A DNA stretch of 59,883 bases, filler included, from Squatina squatina (lineage: Eukaryota), in assembly GCA_031763465.1 (NCBI GenBank). It is 3 parts of 3 records of this genome, joined end to end, with 100 filler letters (N's around TTAATTAATTAA, not from the genome) between each part and the next. Parts side by side here need not be neighbours in the genome. Positions count along the whole stretch, not along the records: positions 1 to 20,925 come from JARFOE010000192.1; 2 more parts are not named here. One strand, given 5' to 3'. Below are positions 1 through 12,135 of the stretch, in pieces. Position 1 is the first letter of the stretch, and each line of letters starts with the position of its first letter. The translations under genes and the position numbers were made by a program. Below the pieces are notes generated by a model. The model did no database searches, was not told the DNA's origin, and worked only from the letters and a program-made list of their open reading frames with translations.

Positions 1-198
1 AATGACATAGTCTTGTTTGGGCTTTATTTTAAGCGCAATGTTACTGGCCTTGTTCAGAGCTACTCGAGCCACAGTAATAGTAATACTCATGACAGGATAC
101 TGAGCAACTGTGGTCATGCTGGCTCTGGCACTGCTCACTTCATTCTGTGCCACAACCTCAACACTTATCAAACAAGTTGAGTTTATCGCCATAATCAA
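1..198 (-). CDS. Exon of polycystin-1-family (PKD-repeat) gene, truncated by window edge
   Basis: Acceptor cttttctttcag| at 200-199; open phase-0 frame LIMAINSTCLISVEVVAQNEVSSARASMTTVAQYPVMSITITVARVALNKASNIALKIKPKQDYVI with the PKD-domain C-terminal signature VxVxAxNxVS. Confidence 0.7.
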   Translation of the reverse strand, partial: MIMAINSTCLISVEVVAQNEVSSARASMTTVAQYPVMSITITVARVALNKASNIALKIKPKQDYVI

Positions 199-951
199 CT
201 GAAAGAAAAGAGTTAAATGCTGGTTAAGATTTTAAATTATACTTTGTAATTGTGGAGCTTAGGTTCAAAAGATTTAAAAAAGATATACTGAAAAAAAGAA
301 CAAAACACTATTCTTATTTATCATATGATAAAGTTCCAACAAGAAATGCAATCTAAAATAATGAGCTGTCAAGTACAAGAATGTGAAAGTTAAAGAAGAA
401 ATAGTGCTGTAGGGGGAGCACTTCCAATTCGAGCATTTGCCTGTCAGCAATTTACTCGAATAATTTTTAAATTTCCCAGATGATCGGAGAAACCTGTTTT
501 TTTGATCACCTCCCCACAATCTCATGGAGACCTGACATTTTGACTTTGATAGTCACTGAAGAGCTGATCAAGTGATGACATCGACAAAGTAGTTACACTG
601 ATTAAAAGGGATCAAACTTTTTGATTCCTGGATAGTGATCCAGAGCCATCGGTAGTTTTTAAAATTTGTTGTACGACCAAAATAACCGCTGAGTATTTAG
701 CCATTTGAACATTGTGGGGAGTTCATCAAAAACAAATTTCAATTCCTAACATTTTGAATGTTTGTGATCCAATATTTATTTAAAATGCTTTAAAAATACA
801 CATTTTATAATGTTTTTACCTATTTCCACTGAAAGAAGCTTTAAATCCCAAAGCAAAATTAAACAAATTAAAACAGCAATTAATAAATGTTATTGAAAAT
901 TAAATCTTTATTTCCCAACAGGTCTATATCTTTAATAGTCTCGCACCTTAC

Positions 952-978
952 CTGTTATATTCACGGTCTTGCTCTGCA
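952..978 (-). CDS. Possible 3' end of a polycystin-family exon (rest in gap)
   Basis: Strong donor ACAG|gtaagg at 951; reads QSKTVNIT in one frame; only 27 nt visible; phase does not match the next exon. Confidence 0.35.
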
Positions 979-1094
979 NNNNNNNNNNNNNNNNNNNNNN
1001 NNNNNNNNNNNNNNNNNNNNNNNNNNNNNNNNNNNNNNNNNNNNNNNNNNNNNNNNNNNNNNNNNNNNNNNNNNNNNNTCATAGAAAATATTAC

Positions 1095-1348
1095 CTTAAA
1101 TGTATAGGTTACGGCCTGCCCAGCCGCCATGTTGGCTGAATGACTGAGTCTAGGACCACTACCCAATTCAGAAGCATTTAGCACAAGCTCACTCGAAGTC
1201 TCTGATGCTAGATTAGAAACGGACAAAGCAACCCGCTGAAGCCCAACATTTCTACATCTGTATATTATAACAGGACTACCAGTTGTCAGTGTCTGGTTGT
1301 CAGACAGGGTCCACTTGTATATGTATGCTCTGTTTTTCCACAAGTATT
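1095..1348 (-). CDS. Exon of polycystin-1-family gene (PKD domain)
   Basis: AG acceptor at 1350-1349, donor AAG|gtaat at 1094; YLWKNRAYIYKWTLSDNQTLTTGSPVIIYRCRNVGLQRVALSVSNLASETSSELVLN..., PKD-like YxW...VxLxVSN pattern; phase 1 start matches the upstream exon. Confidence 0.75.
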
Positions 1349-2037
1349 CTGTAAATGAATGCAGAAAATAAACTGTCATAATGTGTTCAAATGACAAATT
1401 CAGAACCTATTTTGCCAACATTTTAGTTCTGAACACAAATTAAGTGTATATTTTTTTGTTTTGCATTTATTCTAGCAATTTCTACAATAAGGACACAATG
1501 AGAAAATGACCTGATTTATGCCCAGCCTACATTTTCAGTAGGACACAGGAGATTAAAACCTATTTAACGAAACCCATTATTGGAGAGGGGCAATTTGAAT
1601 ATGAGCTCTATCTGATGTTTTAAAAGCAAATTATATAGGTTGCAATTCAAATAAAATAGTTAATAAAAGTAAATTTAAGATAAAACACAATTAAAATAAG
1701 ATTTTATTTGCAGTGGGTAAAAGAGCTAAAAAAAAATTAATCTGCATAATCCTGACCAGAACCTGCCACAAGAACATTTCCACAGCAGAGGCTTTTATCT
1801 ACAATGGAATACTTTGGTGGAGTTCATTTTTTTTTAATTACAATTCTCAGGCTCATGTTTTATGGCTCTGTGGAATTTCATGTAACAAATCTTGTGTTTC
1901 TTGTTTATGCACCAAAATTACCCCCAACTTATTTGAATTTTAGGTTGAGAAAAATCATAAAGAAAGGCAACAGTCGTATTTTTTTAATCTTGGTTCAGCA
2001 TTGAATAAGTCATTTTTAATGTTTTATTAAAACTTAC

Positions 2038-2583
2038 CATTAACCTTTGCAATAAGAATGACATCTTCTCCAACAATGGGTTGCTGTTGAATTTCTATGG
2101 AGACAACATGAATCTCTTTAACCACCAGAGCTGTTACTGAAACATTGTGTGAAGAGATCAGATTTGCAACCCGGAGCACTAGCTGCAATTCCCCAATTTG
2201 ATTGAAGGTAAAAGGTAGATCCAGTGAAGTGTCTGCCACATAACTACTAGTGTTAAACACACTGGAATCATTCACCAGTACTTCAACAGTCAGGGCTGTG
2301 CCAGAAGTTACGCAGGTAGAGATGATTATTGTTTGGTTAACTGTGATTATGTTGGGAATACTTGTTATTATATCTCCCACGAGATCTTGCACTGTAAACC
2401 TGATGGCACTCCCTGTTATTTCACTTAAATTATTTCTTGCTGTTACACTGGCCAAGTACACTCCTGGCTGTGAATATGTAAACATCATTAGAGGTGCTCT
2501 CGCTTGGACATCTGTAGAATTCGAAGCAAATGTCCATATATATGTGATGTTACTTCCACTGAGTACATGAGCATGCACAATGA
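2038..2583 (-). CDS. Large exon of polycystin-1-family gene, tandem PKD domains (5' end in gap)
   Basis: GSNITYIWTF...FTYSQPGVYLASVTARNNLS...VQD is a clear PKD repeat, followed by a second (GTALTVEV...FTFNQIGELQLVLRVANLISS); donor AATG|gtaagt at 2037, phase 1. Confidence 0.85.
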
Positions 2584-2683
2584 NNNNNNNNNNNNNNNNN
2601 NNNNNNNNNNNNNNNNNNNNNNNNNNNNNNNNNNNNNNNNNNNNNNNNNNNNNNNNNNNNNNNNNNNNNNNNNNNNNNNNNNN

Positions 2684-2900
2684 TGCTTTGAGGTGTCTAC
2701 TGTATATTGTCCATGTCTCCGACGCATACAGGAGGGCGGGTATCACTGCTGCCCTGTAGATCATGAGCTTGATGCCGGGTTTGAGGTCCTTATCTTAAAA
2801 CACTCTTTTCCTCAAGCGGCTGAAGGCTGTGCTGGCACACTGGAGGCAGTGTTGGATTTCGTAGTTTGTCTGCCCTCACTGAGAGGAGGCTCCCATTAGT
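2684..2900 (-). mobile_element. RTE-clade LINE ORF2 fragment
   Basis: ASTAFSRLRKRVF..IKLMIYRAAVIPALLYASETWTIYSRHLK is the post-RT motif typical of RTE LINEs; contains a stop. Confidence 0.8.
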
Positions 2901-3299
2901 GTTGCTCAAGAAACCATATCCCAGTATGAGTTGCTGCCTTCAGGAGCAAGGCTCCATATGAAAAGACCTTTCAACAACATCCCACTCCCCCTTCCAAACC
3001 CCATTATTGAGTCAACGGTCCAATCCCACACACTGTTCATTTGCCCCTGGGAAAGGTAGAAAACTTGCAGCTGATTTATTAAGAACCCTCTTCAACCCCT
3101 AAGGCAATCCATTAGAACAGTGTTGAGACCCAGGTCTCCCAGAAACTAATTAGCATTTCACTCCCTGTAACTAGAAATGTCCTCATCCCTCAAGAACTTG
3201 CCTTTTTTTTTTAAAAAGAACTGTATTCACTTTTTATATCTTGCCACATGTCTTGACTGTTTATTTCACAGGGCAGTGACTGAAAAGTATTTGCTAGCA

Positions 3300-3690
3300 T
3301 GTAATATAACTGCTTCTCTATTATAGACATGACCTCTACTAGCCAAACTGTATCCAGCCTCTTAATTTTTAAAAACATCAATTACATCCCCTCCAATTGT
3401 CCAAAGTAAACAATCCTCAACTCTTAGAATCCACCATTTGGTAGTGTACTGGTTGTCTTGGAGCCTCCATGTCCTTCACCATTTTCAAGGGCCCCTACAG
3501 GAGAATACACATGCCTAGAGTTTTCTAACCTCAAGTGCATGACCTCACTATTTCACATTGAATAACATCTCATTAAATAACATCTGCCATACATGGGACT
3601 ATTTGCCTAATTTATCCAAGTCAGCCTGCAGCTCATTGATTTAATCTGAGCTTCTGAACCCAACGGCACATTATCATCCATAAATGTAAA
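3300..3690 (-). mobile_element. Degenerate CR1-type LINE RT fragment
   Basis: Reverse strand gives FMDD...ELQADLDKLGK*...WQM and a FNV..VMH remnant, matching CR1 RT motifs; flanked by ~55-bp direct repeats. Confidence 0.55.
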
Positions 3691-3954
3691 AACAATTTTT
3701 TAAAAGGACTGTGTTCACTCTATCTTGTCACATGTGTTGACAGTTTTTATCCCTCCTCTCCCCCATTAATGAAAAGGGGGGTAGTTCGGTATAGGCGTGC
3801 AAGCACTTGCCATCAATCTCACTCGATAATGCTCTTCAGTCATGTGGAATCAATCTTGTAAAATGTATGAGCTGCTCAGAAATGGTTGAGGGACTATGAT
3901 CTCTCCCCAAAGGGTGTTTCTGAAGATCAGGGCAGCTGAACCAAATCTGGGATT

Positions 3955-4361
3955 CCTGCTGTTTCAAATAAATGTTGGATATACCAGTCAGCAGTCCTTC
4001 TCACACTTAACGTATTGTTGCCTTTTTGGATAGTCCAAACACATTGTGAGCCCATTTTATCGACTTCACCTGCAACCCGAAAGGTCAGGTTTGTTCTTGA
4101 AGGTACTATTTTATTCCATAAAATTAAATCAATTTTATTTATGGGATCATAAACCTGCATGAGCTCTGCCAGTGTTGCATTGACCACACCCAGTCCATAA
4201 TACAGGCCAATTGAAATGTTAAAACCACCAACAAAGCTGTATGTATGGAAGATTTGAATGTGCAAAGTACAATTCTGTAGGCCATAGTCTTCCATAAGTT
4301 GGAGGTGGGAATGGCTTTCAAATGCTGGTGAATGGTCACTCAGTGTGTGACGGTGAGTCAT
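3955..4361 (-). CDS. Exon of polycystin-1-family gene (PKD-like repeats), boundaries uncertain
   Basis: IFHTYSFVGGFNISIGLYY and CVWTIQKGNNTL...YIQHLFETAG resemble PKD-domain HTY..PG.Y strands; many N-x-S/T sequons; no strong donor after ETAG. Confidence 0.6.
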
Positions 4362-6229
4362 TCCAGGTTAAAATGTGATGTCAAAGGCTAATAATTGGCG
4401 TATTGTGGTGAAGAGTCACATTTCCAAAGTCAGTTTCTCNNNNNNNNNNNNNNNNNNNNNNNNNNNNNNNNNNNNNNNNNNNNNNNNNNNNNNNNNNNNN
4501 NNNNNNNNNNNNNNNNNNNNNNNNNNNNNNNNNNNNNNNGTCTAGATCCTGAAACCAAATATAAAATAGCTCTCTGGACTATGTAAACAGAATTGGGCAA
4601 ACAAAAATGCGACAGGTGTGGATTTTTCAGTAGATTGGTTTGGAGACTCATACAAAGCGATGGGGTTCTCCACATGTCAAACATCAAGCTGACTTGCTGA
4701 AGATTTAAATATGTGCTCCTTCCTTTTGCCCCCACTTGGAGGTTGCATGTGCATGGCTTTCCTGACCCTTTATCCACAGTACAAAAGCACTATCGAGATT
4801 TGTCCTGTAGTCACAGGGTACGATGACACAACACTCTGATTTTGTTTCTCCAGGTGTTTGTCAGATGTCCCAACTTGTCAGATATGAAGAATAAAACTTT
4901 ACAATAAAGCCATGCTGGTCTCCAGGGTAACAGTGAAACTCAATGAAATGTTGAAACAGAATTCCGATAATAAAACTTGATAAAGCACCCATACAACATG
5001 GGAACTGTGCCAGCCTTTAATTGTTCATTGTGTCCCTTACTAAACAGATGTCTTTTATTTTATGTATTTTATTTCAGCATTAACATCTACAATTACAGAA
5101 CAAATAACTTGTTTCACAATGCCTTTATTGATGGGTTGGAATGTTTAATAAAAAATTTAAAACAACTTTGGAATTTTTTCATTTTGTTCACAAACTCCAA
5201 CTTAATTAAAATTCAATTTTGAAAAACACAATAAATAAAAGGAAGCTCAGTAGGCTTGCAGATAATAATCTGTTGGAGCCACGAATTTGTAATTTCCTTC
5301 TCCAAATCTTCACATGATTCATCACCCATAGTTATAGTTGCCTCTTTGCGGGTGTGGGAGGATTTATCCCATTGTCGTAGCCNNNNNNNNNNGAGAAGGA
5401 GGAACAAAGAGACTCAGACCTACGGGTCATATAATCAGAAAGTTTAGGAGTACTAACATTTGCAAATGCCAAAAGCCCAAAAGTCTGGTGAGCAAAAAAA
5501 CATCTCCAAATCATATATCTCCACAAGGCAAATGCAGAAAAGATGCAGGACATAGGAAGATTGGGCGAAGAGCAAGTAGCACAACAGCCACAATAGTCAG
5601 AAGCTTACCCTCAAATTCACTCCTCCTGCACCAAGTGGCAAGTAAAGACAAGAATGTCCCAAGAACATANNNNNNNNNNNNNNNNNNNNNNNNNNNNNNN
5701 NNNNNNNNNNNNNNNNNNNNNNNNNNNNNNNNNNNNNNNNNNNNNNNNNNNNNNNNNNNNNNNNNNNNNTGGTCTACTCCTGTCCCTATGATCTAAATAT
5801 TCAACAAAGTCCAATGCCACACAACATACCTCCTCAAATATAATTGTACTGATGAGTACTCTGCTATTTCAAGGATGTCTGGTATAATATGAATAACCAC
5901 TGGGACAGACAAGGTATGTGTACATTTTTTTTTGGGGGGGGGGAAATGGAGTAAATCAACAAATTGGGAAGTATGTGAAGGTGCATGATGAAAACCTCTA
6001 GATATATGTGCAAACAATCCCTGCCATGTACTTGGGAAATTATAGCTAAACCAAAGCAAAACCCGAGCACCAGTACTGAAGTCCCTTCTGACACGAGTAC
6101 AAGTATGATTTATTATGTAGATGAAATAAATTTAGGAGTAATGAAAGTATATTTCCATTACATGAACACAAACACAAAGAAAAACTCACTGAAAAGTTGT
6201 CAACCTAATAACTTACATCAAAATCTGGA

Positions 6230-6430
6230 ACACTGGGTTCTTCAAAATCATTCCAAAGCTTTCTGGGGATGATGCTGACAGGAATGTCGTGTGTAACAAT
6301 GCGACTGTGGCTGGAGAGGGGGTTAAAATCAGTGGCAAGGCAGTGCAGATTTTGGAATGGTGCGAACATGTCGACTTGTGTCTTCCCAGTGTTGAGCTGG
6401 AGGAGGGCACGCTTCATCCGTGACATATGG
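6230..6430 (-). mobile_element. L2-type LINE fragment
   Basis: [17 protein letters not shown] resembles the L2 RT motif WM..NFLQLN..KTE; degenerate. Confidence 0.5.
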
Positions 6431-7438
6431 TTAACTGAGCAGTCCGACGGCGCAGAGATAGGACGGGCCGAAACAGACAGAGCTTTGTGTTATCAGCCTG
6501 CGTGGAAAATCACCCCTTCACATCCTCGGCTCCAGTGAAAATATTTCTGAAGCCTCAAGTCTCTTTCATAACCGTAACCCCGTGTTATTAANNNNNNNNN
6601 NNNNNNNNNNNNNNNNNNNNNNNNNNNNNNNNNNNNNNNNNNNNNNNNNNNNNNNNNNNNNNNNNNNNNNNNNNNNNNNNNNNNNNNNNNNNNNNNNNNN
6701 NNNNNNNNNNNNNNNNNNNNNNNNNNNNNNNNNNNNNNNNNNNNNNNNNNNNNNNNNNNNNNNNNNNNNNNNNNNNNNNNNNNNNNNNNNNNNNNNNNNN
6801 NNNNNNNNNNNNNNNNNNNNNNNNNNNNNNNNNNNNNNNNNNNNNNNNNNNNNNNNNNNNNNNNNNNNNNNNNNNNNNNNNNNNNNNNNNNNNNNNNNNN
6901 NNNNNNNNNNNNNNNNNNNNNNNNNNNNNNNNNNNNNNNNNNNNNNNNNNNNNNNNNNNNNNNNNNNNNNNNNNNNNNNNNNNNNNNNNNNNNNNNNNNN
7001 NNNNNNNNNNNNNNNNNNNNNNNNNNNNNNNNNNNNNNNNNNNNNNNNNNNNNNNNNNNNNNNNNNNNNNNNNNNNNNNNNNNNNNNNNNNNNNNNNNNN
7101 NNNNNNNNNNNNNNNNNNNNNNNNNNNNNNNNNNNNNNNNNNNNNNNNNNNNNNNNNNNNNNNNNNNNNNNNNNNNNNNNNNNNNNNNNNNNNNNNNNNN
7201 NNNNNNNNNNNNNNNNNNNNNNNNNNNNNNNNNNNNNNNNNNNNNNNNNNNNNNNNNNNNNNNNNNNNNNNNNNNNNNNNNNNNNNNNNNNNNNNNNNNN
7301 NNNNNNNNNNNNNNNNNNNNNNNNNNNNNNNNNNNNNNNNNNNNNNNNNNNNNNNNNNNNNNNNNNNNNNNNNNNNNNNNNNNNNNNNNNNNNNNNNNNN
7401 NNNNNNNNNNNNNNNNNNNNNNNNNNNNNNNNNNNNNN

Positions 7439-8145
7439 AGATGGCGTTGCAATGGGGTCACCTCTTGGTCCTCCCTTTGCAAATTTGTACATGTCACACG
7501 TCACACGTACTTCAACAACCCAGAGATCACGCCAACTACATATTGTCGATATGTAGATGACGCTTTCATTGAAGTAAGAGAACAAACCCACCTTTTAGCT
7601 ATCATCAAAGAACTTGAAAAGTAAACAAAATCACAGATCTAAAGTAAGAGGAGTAATCTTAGTAATCCCTCAGGAACGCAGGATGGAACAATGTTCTTAT
7701 TTAGAGCATAGACAACATTTATGCAATAAATGACACAACAGTGTCACCTGATGAAATCTGCGAGCACCACAAAACTTTGATGTTCTTACCAGTTCTACAG
7801 CAATGGTGAGACATGGACAATGCTTCATAGTCAGTTTAATTTTCACAGCTTTGGCATTCTGAGCTGTTTTCAAGGATCTCGAGAGATTTTCAGGTGTTAG
7901 TTCCAGATAAATTTCGTTATACTCTGCTGATACTCCTTCAATCTGGAACTCATCAAAAAAATTACCCTGTGGGAGTGAACCGAATCACATATATTAATTT
8001 GCCTTATATACACCTTTTACAACAAATATTAGACGAATCTACTTTGCAGGATTCATTTTGCAAGGCTCACTCCCAGCTCAGAGCCTCACTAGCAGTTGGT
8101 GACATTACAGCTGTAATTTTCCAACCTGTTCTCATCAAAAGCTAG
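7439..8145 (+). mobile_element. Degenerate Penelope-like retroelement (RT and downstream region)
   Basis: DGVAMGSPLGPPFANLYM, then after a frameshift TYCRYVDDAFI, then YINLPYI: the characteristic Penelope RT motifs and linker. Confidence 0.8.
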
Positions 8146-8919
8146 GCACCGTGAGCTGTGACTCTGAGATGAGTTTAGGTGGTGCAGGCTGAGATGTATT
8201 TACCACGCAGCACCATTACTGAGATAGGGCAAATGAAAGAGTGCTGGGGCGAGAGAGCGGGAGATGGGGGCGANNNNNNNNNNNNNNNNNNNNNNNNNNN
8301 NNNNNNNNNNNNNNNNNNNNNNNNNNNNNNNNNNNNNNNNNNNNNNNNNNNNNNNNNNNNNNNNNNNNNNNNNGTTTGCAATTTTATATCAGTGAAGGAA
8401 GGCATTTAACTGATGAGGATGACTAACCAGAGATAGTCCCATCTGTATATGTGATCATATTTCTAATCTAAAATAGGATCAACCAGAAAGGATGGTCTTA
8501 ATGGCCTGTATGGGTGTAGCAACTGCATAATCCATCTCCCTAAAAGGGTTACCCTATTTCTCATGGTACTATGGCATTTTGCAGCAGACTATAAGCCCAT
8601 TCAACTATTTTAAGTAACATATTAGATTAGGGACCATAAATCACAATTATTTTACAACACCTTCAGGGAATCAAAGATACCTTTGTGCTCCCTACCTAGG
8701 ATCATCAGTTTGATGTTTACACAACACGTTCATTGGTTCGCTCATGTCCTCTAGGGAAGGAAATATGCCTTCCTTGTCTGGTCTGGCCTATACGTGACTC
8801 CAGTTCCACAATACATGTTTTTTTCTGGATGACCTTAGTTGTCAATAAACCATTATAAATAGAAGAAGTGAACTATCTTACCAGGACAAGACTCTGCCAG
8901 TCCCAGCCCAGTTAACTCT

Positions 8920-9633
8920 GTACAATAGTCCTCACCAACATCTGAGAAATTGTGACCAAGGTGCAAGAACTGTCCAAAAAACTAGTCATGCAACAGCCTG
9001 ACAATCATAGAATGAAACCTTACAGCTAAAATTCTTTCATTACTATCCCTGAGTACATCCTGTTCCATCAGTATAGTCTTCATGGAATCCTCAATATTGA
9101 CTCGAGACTCCAAGGCTTCAGGTCAAAGAAAGCCAAGGAAGCTTGAGTACCACATACTGCCCCTCAACTGATGAATCAGTACTCCGCGATGTTGAACATC
9201 ATTTGGAGGAAACTCGGAAAAAAAGGACTCAAAATGTATTCTAGGTGGGAGACTTGAATGTTCACTACCAAGAGTAATTTGTTGGCACCACCACTGACCA
9301 AGAACATAGCTGCCACACCAGGTCTGTGTAAGGCACGGAGGGAACCAACAGAAGAAAAATATCTGCTTGACCTTGTCCACCAACCCAACTGTTGCAGATA
9401 TGTCCAACCATGGCAGGAGTGACCACTGCATAGTACAGCACCCTCTGTTGTATCTAAAATAGGTGAGGAAATTGCAGATGCATTAGTCACAATTTTTCAA
9501 AGCTCTCTAGATTCAGGAATTCTGGCCTTGGATTGGAAAGTTGCAAATATTACTCGATTATTTAAGGGAGGGAGGGAACGAGAAACCAGTTAACTACAGA
9601 CCTGTCAGATTAACAAATTGTGAGGAAGTGATT
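8920..9633 (+). mobile_element. Composite degenerate LINE fragments (endonuclease remnant then CR1 RT N-terminus)
   Basis: 9446-9633 reads EIADALVTIFQSSLDSG...DWKVANI...EKPVNYRPV, the CR1 RT domain 0/1 region; upstream has decayed APE-like motifs. Confidence 0.65.
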
Positions 9634-9850
9634 NNNNNNNNNNNNNNNNNNNNNNNNNNNNNNNNNNNNNNNNNNNNNNNNNNNNNNNNNNNNNNNNNNN
9701 NNNNNNNNNNNNNNNNNNNNNNNNNNNNNNNNNGTTGCATACACTACTGGTTCGTTGCTTGTAAAACAAAAGTACACATAAATATTTCTTTTTTTGGAAT
9801 TTAATTGTGTGTATTATTCTTTGGATTTATAAATTTATATTCTTTTTCAG

Positions 9851-10045
9851 TAGAATGAAGGGTCGAGCTCCACTACCACCACCTCAGCCAGCTCCACGCA
9901 GGATCCTCACTGCTACCCAAAACTGGAGAGTTAAACAGAATGAGCAGAATCCTGGAGACATGAAAGAAAATGTATTGCCTGGGACAGTGGACATACTGGT
10001 TGTCTTACCAAATGGTGCAGAAAAAACGGTTGACGTGAGTGGAAG
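9851..10045 (+). CDS. COBL: Cordon-bleu (COBL-like) exon with first KRAP-type motif
   Basis: tttttcag| acceptor; RMKGRAPLPPPQ...DMKENVLPGTVDILVVLPNGAEKTVDVSG resembles COBL RKMKARAPPPP..VVLP.G.EK; donor GGAAG|gtaagc. Confidence 0.8.
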
Positions 10046-11677
10046 GTAAGCAATGAACACGAATCGNNNNNNNNNNATGTTGTAATAAAATCATAATTAA
10101 ATTGAGCTTTGTATTTGTATAGCTAGTGAATAAACACAGGTCATCACATCATTTGAACTTTAATTTCCCAAACAGCACAAGTCTTGTGTTTCTTAAAGGC
10201 AATTGGTGACGGCAGTGTATAACCTAGTTTAGATGTTTGAACCAATTGGCATATTTGAGGGGGCAAGAAATTAGTTACTTATTGTGCAGCATGCAGTCTT
10301 CTGCAACATAACTGAATTATGACAAGTGAATTTGCGCTTATTGTAGATGTAATTCTAACATCTGCCATTTGCTTTGCCAAACTAGTGGACTATTTGCAGT
10401 AGTCAAAAGAGGAAACAAAAACAGAAATGCTAGACATTGGCAGTAGATTAGTCAGCGCCTGAAAGAGAAAGGTAGCGGAAGAATTGAATTGGACTCTTGC
10501 TTCAGATTAAACATTTTTAAGAAAATCCATTTTACATTTTACATTTGGCATTTTACACAATTTATAAAGATGTGAAAAGGCACTGTGACTAAGCAGTATT
10601 AAACAATAATTGTAATCCTGGTTCNNNNNNNNNNNNNNNNNNNNNNNNNNNNNNNNNNNNNNNNNNNNNNNNNNNNNNNNNNNNNNNNNNNNNNNNNNNN
10701 NNNNNNNNNNNNNNNNNNNNNNNNAAGTGTTCCATTTGTACTCTCCGCCTATTTTGCAACTTTTAAAATTTGTAACATAAACAAATCACAGACATCAGTA
10801 AAACACCACAGCATGTGAATGAGGAATAGGGAGGAAAATGCAACTTAAGTGTTCAAAGTAACCACATGAAGCTAAAATGTCACTGTAAAAGCCTGTGACA
10901 GTTTTGTTTTTGCAAGCATTTTATTTTTCTGTAGTGTTCTGATGTACTTCTAAATAAATTATCCTCATTTGTTTGGTCATGGAAGTCACATCTGCTTGAA
11001 TGTAACATTTTAATGTTCTTGTCTATATTATTAGAAAATTAAATTTTAGCATCTTTCCCAGACTCTTAGTTGCTAACTATTGGTGTTAAATAGAAGTTTG
11101 ACTTCTACCCTGTCTGTTCTCTTAATGTACAAAGTCAAAACTTAGTTCATTGCTGACATAATTCAGTTCTCATCTTTTGAATGTGGTTCCGTGCCTTTTC
11201 TGCCCACTTCAATGATATTAAGGTATTTATAACCTGGGAATTGGAAATTCCACAGGTATGAGATCAGATCCTGCAGAAAATACTTCACATCAAAGTTGTG
11301 GGAATTGCATGGTAAACATTGCTCCCATTTTCTGCCACTAAAAGGAGCACTCATACTTGAACACTCATTAGGGACCTCTCGTGGCACAGACATGCTCCTA
11401 CCGCCTTCAGCACCAGGGGCTGAGGGAGACCTCCCACATGGAACGGTCATACTGAAGGACAGCTTAATAGCTGAGCATCCAACATGTCCAGTTTTTAATG
11501 ATGTGCCTGATCTTGAACTTCACAGAGAAGCTCTGCAAGCAAGCCCTTTTTTGTCCCAATCTTCAGAGACCTTATGATTTAGCACCCATTTCTGTGGGTC
11601 TCTAAATAAGTAGCCACCGACAGTGATCCCTGCAAATGAGTATGCATCAGCAACAGACTCCAGTGAAAAATGCCCTC

Positions 11678-12135
11678 TCTTCTTAGGCAGTCTCTCGAAG
11701 TCGAGGATGACTTGTTTCCACTCGAGTTGTGGGCTCTGAGATGACTAAATCGTCCTATACAGGATCCACAAACTCTACCACAGGTGGGGCGAGTGGATGG
11801 GATGCTCGGGTTTCCATGCGCCCCTTCCGCTACCTGCGCTTGGCCTCCACGTGTTCCCGCCAGAGAAACTCGAAGTGGCTGGCGCCTTTGCGGATGCTTC
11901 CCCTCCAGTTCGGGCGGTCTTGGGCCAGAGATTCCCATGAGTCAGTGAGGATGTTACATTTCTTCAGGNNNNNNNNNNAGGATGTCCTTGAAGCACTTCC
12001 TCTGCCCTCTTGGTGATCGCTTGCTGTGACGGAACTCGGAACAGAGTGCTTGTTTTGGGAGTCTTGAGTCGGGCATGCGGACGATGTGGCCCACCCATCG
12101 CAGCTGGTTGAATGTGACCAGTACCTCAATGCTAG
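11678..12135 (-). mobile_element. RTE-clade LINE 3' end
   Basis: PRGQRKCFKDI..LKKCNILTDSWESLAQDRPNWRGSIRKG and C-terminal zinc finger CGRVCGSCIGRFSHLRAH; short 3' tail. Confidence 0.85.

Noticed and set aside
2027-2764. Apparent LINE-PKD fusion ORF
   Set aside because: The RTE part and the PKD part are on different contigs separated by a 100-N gap.
5864-6094. Signal-peptide-like stretch (VLVLGFCFGLAIISQVHG-RDC) as first exon of the polycystin gene
   Set aside because: No in-frame ATG, no convincing donor and no recognisable downstream domain.
6280-6590. CpG-enriched patch as a bidirectional promoter between the polycystin and COBL genes
   Set aside because: Largely overlaps an L2 fragment, is short and abuts a gap; no first exons are visible.
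6493-7591. Long ORFs of 324-341 aa (also at 30261-30890 and 32744-33466)
   Set aside because: Almost entirely X residues from N gaps; artefacts of translating through gaps.
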